A stretch of DNA of 55,980 nt from positions 1 to 55,980 of the forward strand of contig JBELAR010000001.1 in assembly GCA_049508555.1 (NCBI GenBank), written 5' to 3'. The stretch comes from Steroidobacteraceae bacterium (lineage in GTDB: Bacteria > Pseudomonadota > Gammaproteobacteria > Steroidobacterales > Steroidobacteraceae). The notes beneath the pieces are model-generated. The model worked only from the letters and a program-made list of their open reading frames with translations, was not told the origin of the DNA and made no database searches. Below are positions 9,580 to 17,792 of this stretch, piece by piece; position 1 is the stretch's first letter; the number at the start of each line of letters is the position of its first letter. Made by a program: the position numbers and the translations under genes.

Positions 9580-10755
9580 TTATGCTGCCCGCCAGGTCAC
9601 ATTTACAAGCTCGAGACCCTCTGCGCTTGCGCTGGCGTTGGACAGAATCGCGGCCAGGCTGGTGTCAAGCATCTTCGTTCTGCCATCGACGCGCACTTCG
9701 ACCCAATGCGAGATAGGTGCCGTGCTCAGGGCGTAGTCTTTATCCCCGTAGCGTGCGATACCCGCCAGTAGCACGAGACGTACATCGGTGCGCCGTGCCC
9801 TCGCGAGCGGCATATTCGCGGGAAGGATCAAAATATCGGCGCGAGCTCCCGCACGCAGTGTGCCGCGATCGGACAGCCGCAATAGCCGCGCGCTGTGGTG
9901 AGTCACCAGCGATTGCAGCGTGGGATCATCTAACCGGCCCGCTTCTGCAGCGACCCCAAGCTCCTCGAGCAAGTCGCGCGCGCCACTCAAGCGCGAGTCA
10001 GTACCGAGTGCGACCCGCCCGGCTGCTAGCAGGTCGGTGATGTCCGCAGTCCTGCCGAATAATCGCAGATTCGAGGACGGACACCAGATAAGTCCCGCCC
10101 TGGCACGTTCGAGCCGCAATCGCTGTGCGCGGTCGAGGGCGACGCCGTGCACTATTAAGGTATTTGGCCCAAGGCAGCCAAGCGCATCGAGACGTTCAAA
10201 TTCATTCCCCGCCTCCTGGTCCAGCCCCTCAGCCGCGTGGATGATCCATGGCCATTCAGGGGGTGTGCTCTGATACACGCTGCGCACTTTCTGTTCGCCG
10301 TCCATGTACAAGGAGTGAGACCAGCCGTAATCAGTGACGACCCGCGTGGGAAAGCATGGATTCAACAAGTCTGGATACAGCGGGTCGTGGTGCGCGACGG
10401 TGGTGACGCCGCTCAACAAGTTCTTCATTCCACCTATAGCCAAACGCTCATCGCGAGGGACGGCGACACGCGCTTCGAATGCCGGATCGGATCCCCGACG
10501 CGTGTTGATATCTGCAATCCATTCGCGCACGTGACGATAGTGTGTAACCGATTCGAGGTCAGGCAGGTTATTAAGCTGCAAATGGTCATGTGCATTGATC
10601 AACCCCGGTAACAGCCGATCGCCCTGCAAGTCGATGACTCGATCGCCTGCATGGGGAGCCGCCCCCAACGCAGCAATAGATGAGCCGCGAATGCGCAAGG
10701 TGGTCGTATCACCGCCCATCTGAGCATTGATGAATGTCAGACCGTCGCGGAACAT
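9580..10755 (-). CDS. metal-dependent amidohydrolase family protein
   Basis: ATG at 10755, 7 nt after the upstream stop. HxH metal motif 'GLINAHDHLQLN'. Later 'IIHAAEG', 'VHGV' and 'GTDS' fit the amidohydrolase superfamily. Confidence 0.8.
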   Translation of the reverse strand: MFRDGLTFINAQMGGDTTTLRIRGSSIAALGAAPHAGDRVIDLQGDRLLPGLINAHDHLQLNNLPDLESVTHYRHVREWIADINTRRGSDPAFEARVAVPRDERLAIGGMKNLLSGVTTVAHHDPLYPDLLNPCFPTRVVTDYGWSHSLYMDGEQKVRSVYQSTPPEWPWIIHAAEGLDQEAGNEFERLDALGCLGPNTLIVHGVALDRAQRLRLERARAGLIWCPSSNLRLFGRTADITDLLAAGRVALGTDSRLSGARDLLEELGVAAEAGRLDDPTLQSLVTHHSARLLRLSDRGTLRAGARADILILPANMPLARARRTDVRLVLLAGIARYGDKDYALSTAPISHWVEVRVDGRTKMLDTSLAAILSNASASAEGLELVNVTWRAA

Positions 10756-10762
10756 CACGTTA

Positions 10763-11437
10763 TCAGCACTTGCGAGCGCGAACGACCAGCGCGATTGGCA
10801 GACCGTGCCATCGACGGTAGAACTCGTCCGATCCCGAAAACCGCTCCTGCAGCTCAAATCCCACTCGGATCTCATGGATCGCGTTTATTCTCAGATTGAC
10901 CGCTGCGGCTGCCTCCTGTTGTAACGACAGCTCGTAGCAATGGTGTGGCACTGCGAAGGTGCAGCCACTCTGGTCTTTGAAAGTACGCGGCAGCCCCGCA
11001 CGAGCCGCTTCGGGATGAAAATCCGAGTACAACAATGCGCCTCCCTGGCCGAGCACCCTGGCGACCTCAGCCATCCAGGGGCGGATGCTGGATGCGTGAC
11101 CCAGTGCAAGTCCCGATATCACGACGTCGAACGACTCGTCACCGAAGGGCAGATCCATCATGCTCGCACGCACTCGGCTTGCACCGGATACCTGCGCCAA
11201 CATGGGGCTACAGACATCCAAAGCGACAATGTGCGCGGCGTGTGTCTCGGTCAGTACTCGCGAATAGCGTCCGGTACCACAGGCGAGATCCAATGCCCGC
11301 CGACCCTCCACAGCGGGCCAATGCTTGACCATCGCCCGCTGCTCGGCTCGCATCAGCGGGTTGTGTGGGATCGGCGGGTACAGAGGCGCCCAACGCTCGT
11401 AGGCCGCAAGCGTCTCTACTGTGAGATTAGCGGTCAC
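10763..11437 (-). CDS. class I SAM-dependent methyltransferase
   Basis: Motif I 'ALDLACGTGRYS', then 'VALDVCSPML' and 'LGQGGALLYSDF'. Start set at GTG 11437, which forms a GTGA overlap with the upstream radical SAM stop. The ORF-track ATG at 11527 would overlap that gene by 94 nt. Confidence 0.75.
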   Translation of the reverse strand: MTANLTVETLAAYERWAPLYPPIPHNPLMRAEQRAMVKHWPAVEGRRALDLACGTGRYSRVLTETHAAHIVALDVCSPMLAQVSGASRVRASMMDLPFGDESFDVVISGLALGHASSIRPWMAEVARVLGQGGALLYSDFHPEAARAGLPRTFKDQSGCTFAVPHHCYELSLQQEAAAAVNLRINAIHEIRVGFELQERFSGSDEFYRRWHGLPIALVVRARKC

Positions 11438-12528
11438 ACAGTCGCCGACGACGCCGGTCCCCTTGTTCGGACCGAGGTCTCGATGTGGTCGGGATCTCGC
11501 CACAGCGTGCAAACGCAGGTCCTGCATTCGATACGCGCACCCGTCCGGATGGCCGTGCGCAGCCCCACCATGGAATTGCTGTTGAGCACAGCCGCAAGCT
11601 CACCGTCGTGTGCCGCGCCGGCGCCCGATATTTGAGCGGCGGGAGGTCCCGAAATAAAAAAGCACGGTTGCACGCGGCCACTCGCACCAATCACAGCGGA
11701 GAATTCCGGCGCGTTGCATCGAACCGGAGGGTACGTCCCCTGCCCTTGGATGGCGGCGAAGTATTGCAGGAGGCGCCGCAACTTCTGCGGGCTTTCTGCG
11801 ATGAACCCAGAGCGAAATTCCTCGGCATTATCCTGCTCCAGGGAACGCAAGACCTGGTCGAAAACCGGCAAATCCTCCGGGTGTAGCGCCAAATCAGCGC
11901 CAAAATCATCCGTGCGGCCGAAGGCGTGCGGGTTCGCTACGTCGACCGCGAGAAAGGAAACCTCGCGAGCGCCAAGCGCCTTCGTCAACGCGACGAAGCT
12001 CGGCAATTGCCGGTAGTTGGCACGCTGTAGTGTGACTCGAATGCTCGGTGGCAAGCCGTGGGCGCCCACCGCGCGAATGCCTTCGCAAACCTTATCGAAC
12101 GCGTCCAAACCGCGAATCGCCGCGTAGGTCTCGGAATCGGTTCCGTCCAGCGACGCTGTGATGGAATCGAACAGCTCGGCCGCGCGGGGCGCGTGCTTGG
12201 CTAAGGCCAGACCCGAAGTCAACAGCCATACCTGATGACCGTTCGCCCGCAGCAACTGCGCAATCGGCGCCCAGTCGGGATTGAGTAGCGGTTCGCCGCC
12301 GGATAGGAGCACCACCTGGGTTCGTAGTCGAGCCAGACTGGGCAGCAAACGCGCCACCGCCGCCAGGTTCATGTCGTTGCGACCATGCCGCCAGTAGTCA
12401 CACGAGACACAACGCGAGTTGCAACGCTCACTCACATACAGCGTAACCAGGGGCAGCCGGCGAAGGGGCAGCGGGGCCGCGGCTGGGTCAGCGCGCAAAT
12501 GGCAACTCCCGGATTCGAGCATCGTCAC
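11434..12528 (-). CDS. radical SAM protein with Cys-rich C-terminal (SPASM-like) extension
   Basis: 'ERCNSRCVSCDYW' is a CxxxCxxC cluster, followed by 'LLSGGEPLL'. C-terminal Cys pattern 'VRCNAP...VQPCFF...ECRTCVC'. GTG start at 12528 (ATG alternative at 12522), 12 nt after the anti-sigma stop. Confidence 0.85.
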   Translation of the reverse strand: MTMLESGSCHLRADPAAAPLPLRRLPLVTLYVSERCNSRCVSCDYWRHGRNDMNLAAVARLLPSLARLRTQVVLLSGGEPLLNPDWAPIAQLLRANGHQVWLLTSGLALAKHAPRAAELFDSITASLDGTDSETYAAIRGLDAFDKVCEGIRAVGAHGLPPSIRVTLQRANYRQLPSFVALTKALGAREVSFLAVDVANPHAFGRTDDFGADLALHPEDLPVFDQVLRSLEQDNAEEFRSGFIAESPQKLRRLLQYFAAIQGQGTYPPVRCNAPEFSAVIGASGRVQPCFFISGPPAAQISGAGAAHDGELAAVLNSNSMVGLRTAIRTGARIECRTCVCTLWRDPDHIETSVRTRGPASSATV

Positions 12529-12540
12529 ATAGACGAGTAG

Positions 12541-13221
12541 TCATGGTCGTGAAGCGCGTAACCCTGTATCGATAGGCTCGGCGAGGCGGACGTGTGGGTT
12601 CCTGCGCAACTCGCGCAGCGCCCCCTCGGTCGCGGCAGCGGTTGCATCGGTGATGGGCGCCAGCGACCAGATTCCGGCATCCCCGGGTCCGGCGACCACC
12701 TGCAGATGCGCGGCGTTGAGCAAGACTCGTAGCTGCTCGAGTGTCATGCCTGGCGCCAGCACGACTCGAATGGTAGCGGCAGCACTCACATGATCGGGGT
12801 CAGACAACGTGTGGTAGGCGCTCGGCGGCTGCGATGCAACCCTGTTGATCCGGGATGCCGCAGAAAGAGCCCCCAGCGCCACGGCCTCAACCACCACCGC
12901 GGCCACGAGCCACCGGGTTGTGGCATGCATGGACGCACCCGCTCGCTCCGGGTCGGGCTCGCGCCGGCGAGGAGGGAACCTCTCCCCGTTGTCGAGGCGC
13001 GCGCATAGGCTGTGCCAGCCCTTCTCAACGTCGCCAAGGTCAGCCTGCGGAGCACTCAACGCAGCCTGTACGCGCTCCTGAAACGCCAGTTCCGCACGGC
13101 AATCCGCGCAAAGGCGCAGGTGTTCCTGCGCTGCGCGGTATTCCGCCTGTGTCACGCTGTGGTTGACGATCCACGGAATCATTTCCCAGGCCTGCTGATG
13201 GGCTCGATTGAGGTCACTCAT
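12541..13221 (-). CDS. anti-sigma factor (zf-HC2 type), single-pass membrane protein
   Basis: N-terminal 'HLRLCADC' zinc-finger motif. One hydrophobic helix 'WLVAAVVVEAVALGALSAA'. Overlaps the upstream sigma gene by 8 nt. Paralog of 15198..15959. Confidence 0.8.
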   Translation of the reverse strand: MSDLNRAHQQAWEMIPWIVNHSVTQAEYRAAQEHLRLCADCRAELAFQERVQAALSAPQADLGDVEKGWHSLCARLDNGERFPPRRREPDPERAGASMHATTRWLVAAVVVEAVALGALSAASRINRVASQPPSAYHTLSDPDHVSAAATIRVVLAPGMTLEQLRVLLNAAHLQVVAGPGDAGIWSLAPITDATAAATEGALRELRRNPHVRLAEPIDTGLRASRP

Positions 13222-13813
13222 GGTTCTGCTCCTGATTCGGACCCCCGCCCAGAGCGGGCAGCAGATTACGTAACTTGATTCGTGCTTGAAACATGCGTGC
13301 CTTGACGGTGTTAATGGGGCAATTCATGATTGTGCCGATCTCTTCACACGAATGGCCCATGAAGTAGGCCAATTCCATGGTCGCGCGTTGCTCGGTTGGC
13401 AACGAGCGCAGCCCGCTCTCAAGCCACTCGCGCAGTTCCTCGACGGCTTGCGTGCTATCGCTAGCGGAACCGGTTTGGAGACTCTCAAACCCGCGCTCGG
13501 CTGGCAGCGGAGCGCTGCGTCGCAGCGCTTTAAGCGCGCAGCGCCAAGCGATGCCCATGATCCATGTGGAGGCTTGCGAGTCGCCCCGGAACCGCCCGGC
13601 CTTCTGCCAGACGATCCAGAAGGTATCGTTGATCGCCTCCTCGAGCGCATCACTTCTGGGGCTCAGACGCGACAGGAAGCGGCCCAATCGGCTGTGATAG
13701 TTGAAATAGAGCTGCTCGAGCGCCCGTCGCTCCCCTGCCGCGATCCGCCGCAACAATTCGCAATCGCGGCCATCGTCGCGCACCAATCCAGGATCCTGGC
13801 TACTCGCTTCCAT
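13214..13813 (-). CDS. ECF-type RNA polymerase sigma-70 family factor
   Basis: ATG at 13813. Region 2 'EAINDTFWIVWQKAGRF...STWIMGIAWR'. Region 4 HTH 'HSCEEIGTIMNCPINTVKARMFQARIKL'. Confidence 0.9.
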   Translation of the reverse strand: MEASSQDPGLVRDDGRDCELLRRIAAGERRALEQLYFNYHSRLGRFLSRLSPRSDALEEAINDTFWIVWQKAGRFRGDSQASTWIMGIAWRCALKALRRSAPLPAERGFESLQTGSASDSTQAVEELREWLESGLRSLPTEQRATMELAYFMGHSCEEIGTIMNCPINTVKARMFQARIKLRNLLPALGGGPNQEQNHE

Positions 13814-13926
13814 AGGCACAAATTCGCTCCTGCCAGTGCGTGCCGGGAACGTCAGCGAAGGTTTTAACGGCCTGCGAAGAACCGACAAAAAAGTTGAGCT
13901 TGCCTCGATTGAGCGCTGTGGCCGCG

Positions 13927-15201
13927 CTAGTTCTGCGCCAAGTTCCCAGCACAACCCGACTTGTGCAGGAGCAACCCCAGCGCCGCACAGGCATTCGGCA
14001 CGGAGGGTCGCGAGGCAGGCGTGTCCACGCCAGCCGAGGCGGTCAGAAGCATCTGCGCTTCCTGCCCACTCAGGCGACTGCGTTGCGATCGAAGCAGCGC
14101 TATGATCCCGGTAATTTCGGCTGTCGCGAGCGAGCTGCCCGAATAGAAGTCGTAGCGGCCCTCTGGGGCCAGCGACACCACATCGCGCCCCGGCGCCTCC
14201 ACCACACCGGCACTCATATGGTTAGCTTCGATAGCATCTGCGGCAATCACACCCGTTATGTCGGTTGGAAAGGAGTTTCGTAGCCCGTCCGACGGCACGG
14301 CTCCCACCACGATAATGCCAGCGTCCAACCCCCGCCGAACGAGCCGGGTAAGCAATGGATCGCTCGGGCCGCCGAGACTTAAGTTAATGATGTCCGCGCG
14401 CGCCTCAATCGCCGCGGCAATCGCCTGGGCCAGTGTGAATGTATTGCACACGGCCCCGATGCCGATGGCCGATGCGCGCCAGCACGCCTTGTAGGCCAGC
14501 AACGAAACATCCGGCGCAATGCCGACGATGCCGATGCCGTTGTTCGGGACCGCCGCAATCACGCCGGCCACTGCCGTGCCGTGCGCATCGGTGCGAAAGG
14601 ACTGGGTATCGTTGTCGACAAAATTGCGTGAAGCAATCGTGGCCGGGAGATCCGGATGATCCGTATCCACTCCGGTATCGATCACCGCCACCCGGACTCC
14701 GGCTCCCCGACTTAAGGCCTGAGCGTCCGCGATACTCATTTGCTGCACGTCGCGTTGCAGTTGCGCATACGGGTCGTTGTAGCCGCCGGCAGCAGTTTCG
14801 AAATTGAGCAACGGCTGCGCCGACTCGACCCGAGCATCGTGGGCCAGGACCGCGAGCAACCGCTGCTGGTCCATGTCCTCGGACAACTCATACACAAGGC
14901 AGTGCACATCAAGCAGGGCAATAGGCCAGCTGGCACTCTCACGTAATCGGTAATCCCTCGCCAGCGCACGACTCACCGTTCGCGCCACGCCTCCAGCCAA
15001 GTAGGGGCCGACGCCATCGTAGCCACGGGACGTAGAAGCGGCCCGAGCATGCGGCAAACTCACGGGATTGCGGACGGTGACCACGATATAGCGCTGCGGC
15101 GATGCGCGCGCCGCAAGCGACAGCGTTGCGCTCGAGCGCAGCGACTGACCCGATGTGCACGCCATCAGGCAGAGCGCGAGCGGGCCGGCAAACCATCTCA
15201 C
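13927..15201 (-). CDS. S8 (subtilisin-like) serine peptidase, probable lipoprotein
   Basis: Catalytic triad contexts 'VAVIDTGVD', 'HGTAVAGVIAA' and 'SGSSLATAEITG'; also 'INLSLGG'. N-terminus 'LALCLMAC' is lipobox-like. GTG start forms a GTGA overlap with the anti-sigma stop. Confidence 0.88.
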   Translation of the reverse strand: MRWFAGPLALCLMACTSGQSLRSSATLSLAARASPQRYIVVTVRNPVSLPHARAASTSRGYDGVGPYLAGGVARTVSRALARDYRLRESASWPIALLDVHCLVYELSEDMDQQRLLAVLAHDARVESAQPLLNFETAAGGYNDPYAQLQRDVQQMSIADAQALSRGAGVRVAVIDTGVDTDHPDLPATIASRNFVDNDTQSFRTDAHGTAVAGVIAAVPNNGIGIVGIAPDVSLLAYKACWRASAIGIGAVCNTFTLAQAIAAAIEARADIINLSLGGPSDPLLTRLVRRGLDAGIIVVGAVPSDGLRNSFPTDITGVIAADAIEANHMSAGVVEAPGRDVVSLAPEGRYDFYSGSSLATAEITGIIALLRSQRSRLSGQEAQMLLTASAGVDTPASRPSVPNACAALGLLLHKSGCAGNLAQN

Positions 15202-15959
15202 CTGTCGCCACCCGCTTCGTTCACCGCAGGCTCAACAAACATCACCCGTGTATCCGTACGCAGCGCCGCAATGGCCGCGTCCAGACGCTCCGTCGCCGAA
15301 CGTGGATCCGAAAAAGCCAGGGTGTAGGCGCCCGCATCGCTCGGACCCCGGATGATGGTCAGGGCGTTCTGCGTGAGCAGCAAGTTGAGCGCGTCCAGCG
15401 ACATGCCGGGCGAGAAGACTGCGCGGATACGCGATCCAAGTGCCACCGGCACAGGAACCGAAGTCAACGTCGTGTACCGCGGTGCTCGGTCCTGGAGTGG
15501 GGGTGAGCGATGATACAGCGACGTGCCCACGACGCCGAGGGCAATGGACTGCACGAGGGCCGCAGCAGCGAGCCAGTGCGCAGCGCCAAAGCGGCGCGCA
15601 GGCACTCCCGGGGGGGGCGCCGAGCTGAGGGGGACCGCGCGAGCCTCGCGCTCGAACTCGTCAATGCGGGCCAGCGTCTTAGCCAGGCCCGGTTGCGGTG
15701 CGTATTCCAGACTGGGCTCTGGTTTCAACAGCGTGCGCAGAGCGCGTTCACGGGCCACATCGTCGCGACAGGTCGCGCAGCGCTCCAGGTGACGCGCCAC
15801 GCGCGCGGCATCGCTCGCGCTCAGTCGCCCGGTCACATGCCAAGGCAACAGCCGTGCGGCCTCCTCCTCACAGCGGCTGTCTTCCGGATATTTATTCAGG
15901 GCCGTTCTCCCTACCCGACGCCGAGCCGGCCAGAATCGTCCGCAGCTTGCGCCGCGCAT
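15198..15959 (-). CDS. anti-sigma factor (zf-HC2 type), single-pass membrane protein
   Basis: 'HLERCATC' motif and TM 'WLAAAALVQSIALGVVGTSL'. The C-terminal domain aligns with that of 12541..13221. Start uncertain: ATG at 15959 overlaps sigma by 68 nt, and the true start may lie near 15899. Confidence 0.75.
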   Translation of the reverse strand: MRGASCGRFWPARRRVGRTALNKYPEDSRCEEEAARLLPWHVTGRLSASDAARVARHLERCATCRDDVARERALRTLLKPEPSLEYAPQPGLAKTLARIDEFEREARAVPLSSAPPPGVPARRFGAAHWLAAAALVQSIALGVVGTSLYHRSPPLQDRAPRYTTLTSVPVPVALGSRIRAVFSPGMSLDALNLLLTQNALTIIRGPSDAGAYTLAFSDPRSATERLDAAIAALRTDTRVMFVEPAVNEAGGDR

Positions 15960-16497
15960 TGAACATACGTGTCTTTACGGTGTTGACTGGGCATTCCATG
16001 ATCTCGGCAATCTCCTCGCACGAGTGATCAAGGTAATAGGTGAACTCAAGCACCAAGCGCTGCTCGAGCGGCAACTGCGCAAGCCCCGAATCGAGCAGCT
16101 GCTGCTGCTCGAGCCCCTGGGCACTATCGCTGGCGGTGGCTTCGGATTCCGCGATCTCCATTCTCATCGCGCGCTCGTGGGTGCTGGCACGGCGAATCAT
16201 GTTCAGGGCGCGGCGATAGGCAATACCCATGATCCAGGTCGATACGCGCGAGGCGTTGCGAAACTCGCCGGCACGCTGCCAGACGACCCACAGGGTGTCG
16301 TTGATGACTTCCTCCGCGTCCTCATACCGAGGCATCAGTCGGGTCAGAAACCGTGCTAGGCGGCGGTGATAGCGCAGATACAGCTCACGGAACGCATCCC
16401 GGTTTCCCGCGCTGACTCGGCACAGCAGCGCGCGCTCCAGTTCGCTACCGATTGGTCCGGCTGCGCCCGGGTCGAAACTAGAATCACCGTGTTTCAA
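15892..16497 (-). CDS. ECF-type RNA polymerase sigma-70 family factor
   Basis: TTG start at 16497 with GAGG 7 nt upstream. 'EVINDTLWVVWQRAGEF...STWIMGIAYR' and 'HSCEEIAEIMECPVNTVKTRMFNARRKL'. Paralog of 13214..13813. Confidence 0.9.
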   Translation of the reverse strand: MKHGDSSFDPGAAGPIGSELERALLCRVSAGNRDAFRELYLRYHRRLARFLTRLMPRYEDAEEVINDTLWVVWQRAGEFRNASRVSTWIMGIAYRRALNMIRRASTHERAMRMEIAESEATASDSAQGLEQQQLLDSGLAQLPLEQRLVLEFTYYLDHSCEEIAEIMECPVNTVKTRMFNARRKLRTILAGSASGRENGPE

Positions 16498-16605
16498 TGG
16501 CTTACCTCATCCTCCGGGCAGCTGAAATGGATTTGCCCAACGGTATGTACCGGGAGAGGCTCGGCCGGTTCATTGCCGTGGTACGGCGCGCGCGACCCAA
16601 TAGCC

Positions 16606-17448
16606 TCAGAAGCGCACCACCGCCGACAAAACCCAAGTGCCGTTCGCACTGGCGTCCCCATACAGGCGGGCCACGGTAGGATCGGCAATAAAGTGAGTCA
16701 GATCGAGGCTCACTCGTCGATAGATGTACTGGATCCCCGCATCGGCCGCCCAATAGCGGACGCCGAAGACGCGCTGCAGATCGTAGTAGCCGGCGCCAGC
16801 CTCGATGGCTAACCCTAGGGGTAGCGGCCACCGACCGGTCAGCTCATAGGCCAAGCTCGGGCGCCGGTCTGCAAAGCCCAGATTCGAGTACAGTGTGATG
16901 TCGGGCTGGTACGAGATCGTCGCAACCAGACGATCCAGGTAGCTCGCCGACAGCGTCAACTCATCATAGTTATAGTGCGCGGGCCGCGGATCGTCCAGGT
17001 ACAGGTAGCGGGTATAGACGAAGCTGGCATTGAAATCACCGCCCAACGGACGGCTAACGCCAGCGTAGAGATTCAGTTCCTGCGCCGATCGTGCGCCGGG
17101 ATACAGGTCAACATTGGAACCCCAAGCGCCGGCAAACCAACCCTGGGGACTGAAGTAATTCCCGCCCAGCTGCAGCGCCCCGCGATCGTAGGTCTGCGAA
17201 ACGCCTCGGAAGACGTAGTCCGTGGTCGCAGTCACTGAGGCGCTCCACGGCCCCTCGGCAGGGTAAGCCAGGAGCGGCGCGCTGGCCAGCAGCATGGCCT
17301 GGATGAGCCGCACGCCACTGCGCCCGATGCGCAGCCGACCGACCAACGTAACGGTCTGGCCTGATTCCAAACCGCTCACCGCCCTTGTTCTCATCGCGGC
17401 CAGTATGGCTGTGTCGCTGCCGGTTTCAATAACGCACTGCACTCTCAT
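16606..17448 (-). CDS. outer-membrane beta-barrel protein (TIGR02001/Gcw_chp-like)
   Basis: 'SASVTATTDYVFRGVSQT' plus alternating aromatic/Gly strands ending in '...WVLSAVVRF' (C-terminal Phe). A likelier start is GTG 17313, which gives the signal peptide 'RLIQAMLLASAPLLAYPA'. The 5' limit is uncertain. Confidence 0.7.
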   Translation of the reverse strand: MRVQCVIETGSDTAILAAMRTRAVSGLESGQTVTLVGRLRIGRSGVRLIQAMLLASAPLLAYPAEGPWSASVTATTDYVFRGVSQTYDRGALQLGGNYFSPQGWFAGAWGSNVDLYPGARSAQELNLYAGVSRPLGGDFNASFVYTRYLYLDDPRPAHYNYDELTLSASYLDRLVATISYQPDITLYSNLGFADRRPSLAYELTGRWPLPLGLAIEAGAGYYDLQRVFGVRYWAADAGIQYIYRRVSLDLTHFIADPTVARLYGDASANGTWVLSAVVRF

Positions 17449-17606
17449 CAGTTAATCGCTGCACCTCTTCAAGAAACCCCTCCAGCCGCGAGGCTACGAC
17501 AATGCAAGGGCATCTACTTCGAGCTGACCCGCGGCCTTTTCGGTAAGCATCGGGCCGCTGCTGCATTCGCGCGATCAGCCACGACAGACGCGCCGGCTAC
17601 TGGCCT

Positions 17607-17786
17607 CTAGATATCCTCCGTTGTCGTACCCGAATGGACAAATGCTCGGTTGGTCGCCGCTCTCGGCCAGGCCCCCGCGTGCATTCGCTGTCGAAAGTCC
17701 CGTTTTGGCTCCGGGACGAATAAACCAGGCTGTTCCCAGGCTGCGAAGTGTCCGCCCTTGGGGAGCTTGTCGTAGTGGATCCCGGA
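17607..17786 (-). pseudogene. 3' stump of an alpha/beta-hydrolase (epoxide-hydrolase-like) gene
   Basis: Only the C-terminal motif 'IHYDKLPKGGHFAAWEQPGLFVPE..RDFR' is present. Similarity stops where the transposase remnant begins (about 17790). No N-terminal catalytic part. Confidence 0.45.
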
Positions 17787-17792
17787 GGCGCT

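Noticed and set aside
13814-13926. ECF-type promoter (GAAC ... CGT) in the S8-to-sigma 2 gap and in the 16498-16605 gap upstream of sigma 1.
   Set aside because: AAC-containing and CGTT elements are present in both gaps, but they are 23-24 nt apart. That is too far for the usual 16-17 nt ECF spacing, and no convincing shared motif emerged. Not called.
16502-16573. 23-codon upstream ORF (MNRPSLSRYIPLGKSISAARRMR) ending 4 nt before the sigma 1 TTG start. Considered as a leader or precursor peptide.
   Set aside because: No RBS, no Cys, Ser or Thr-rich core, and no conservation evidence available. It may be chance, and is mentioned only as something to check.
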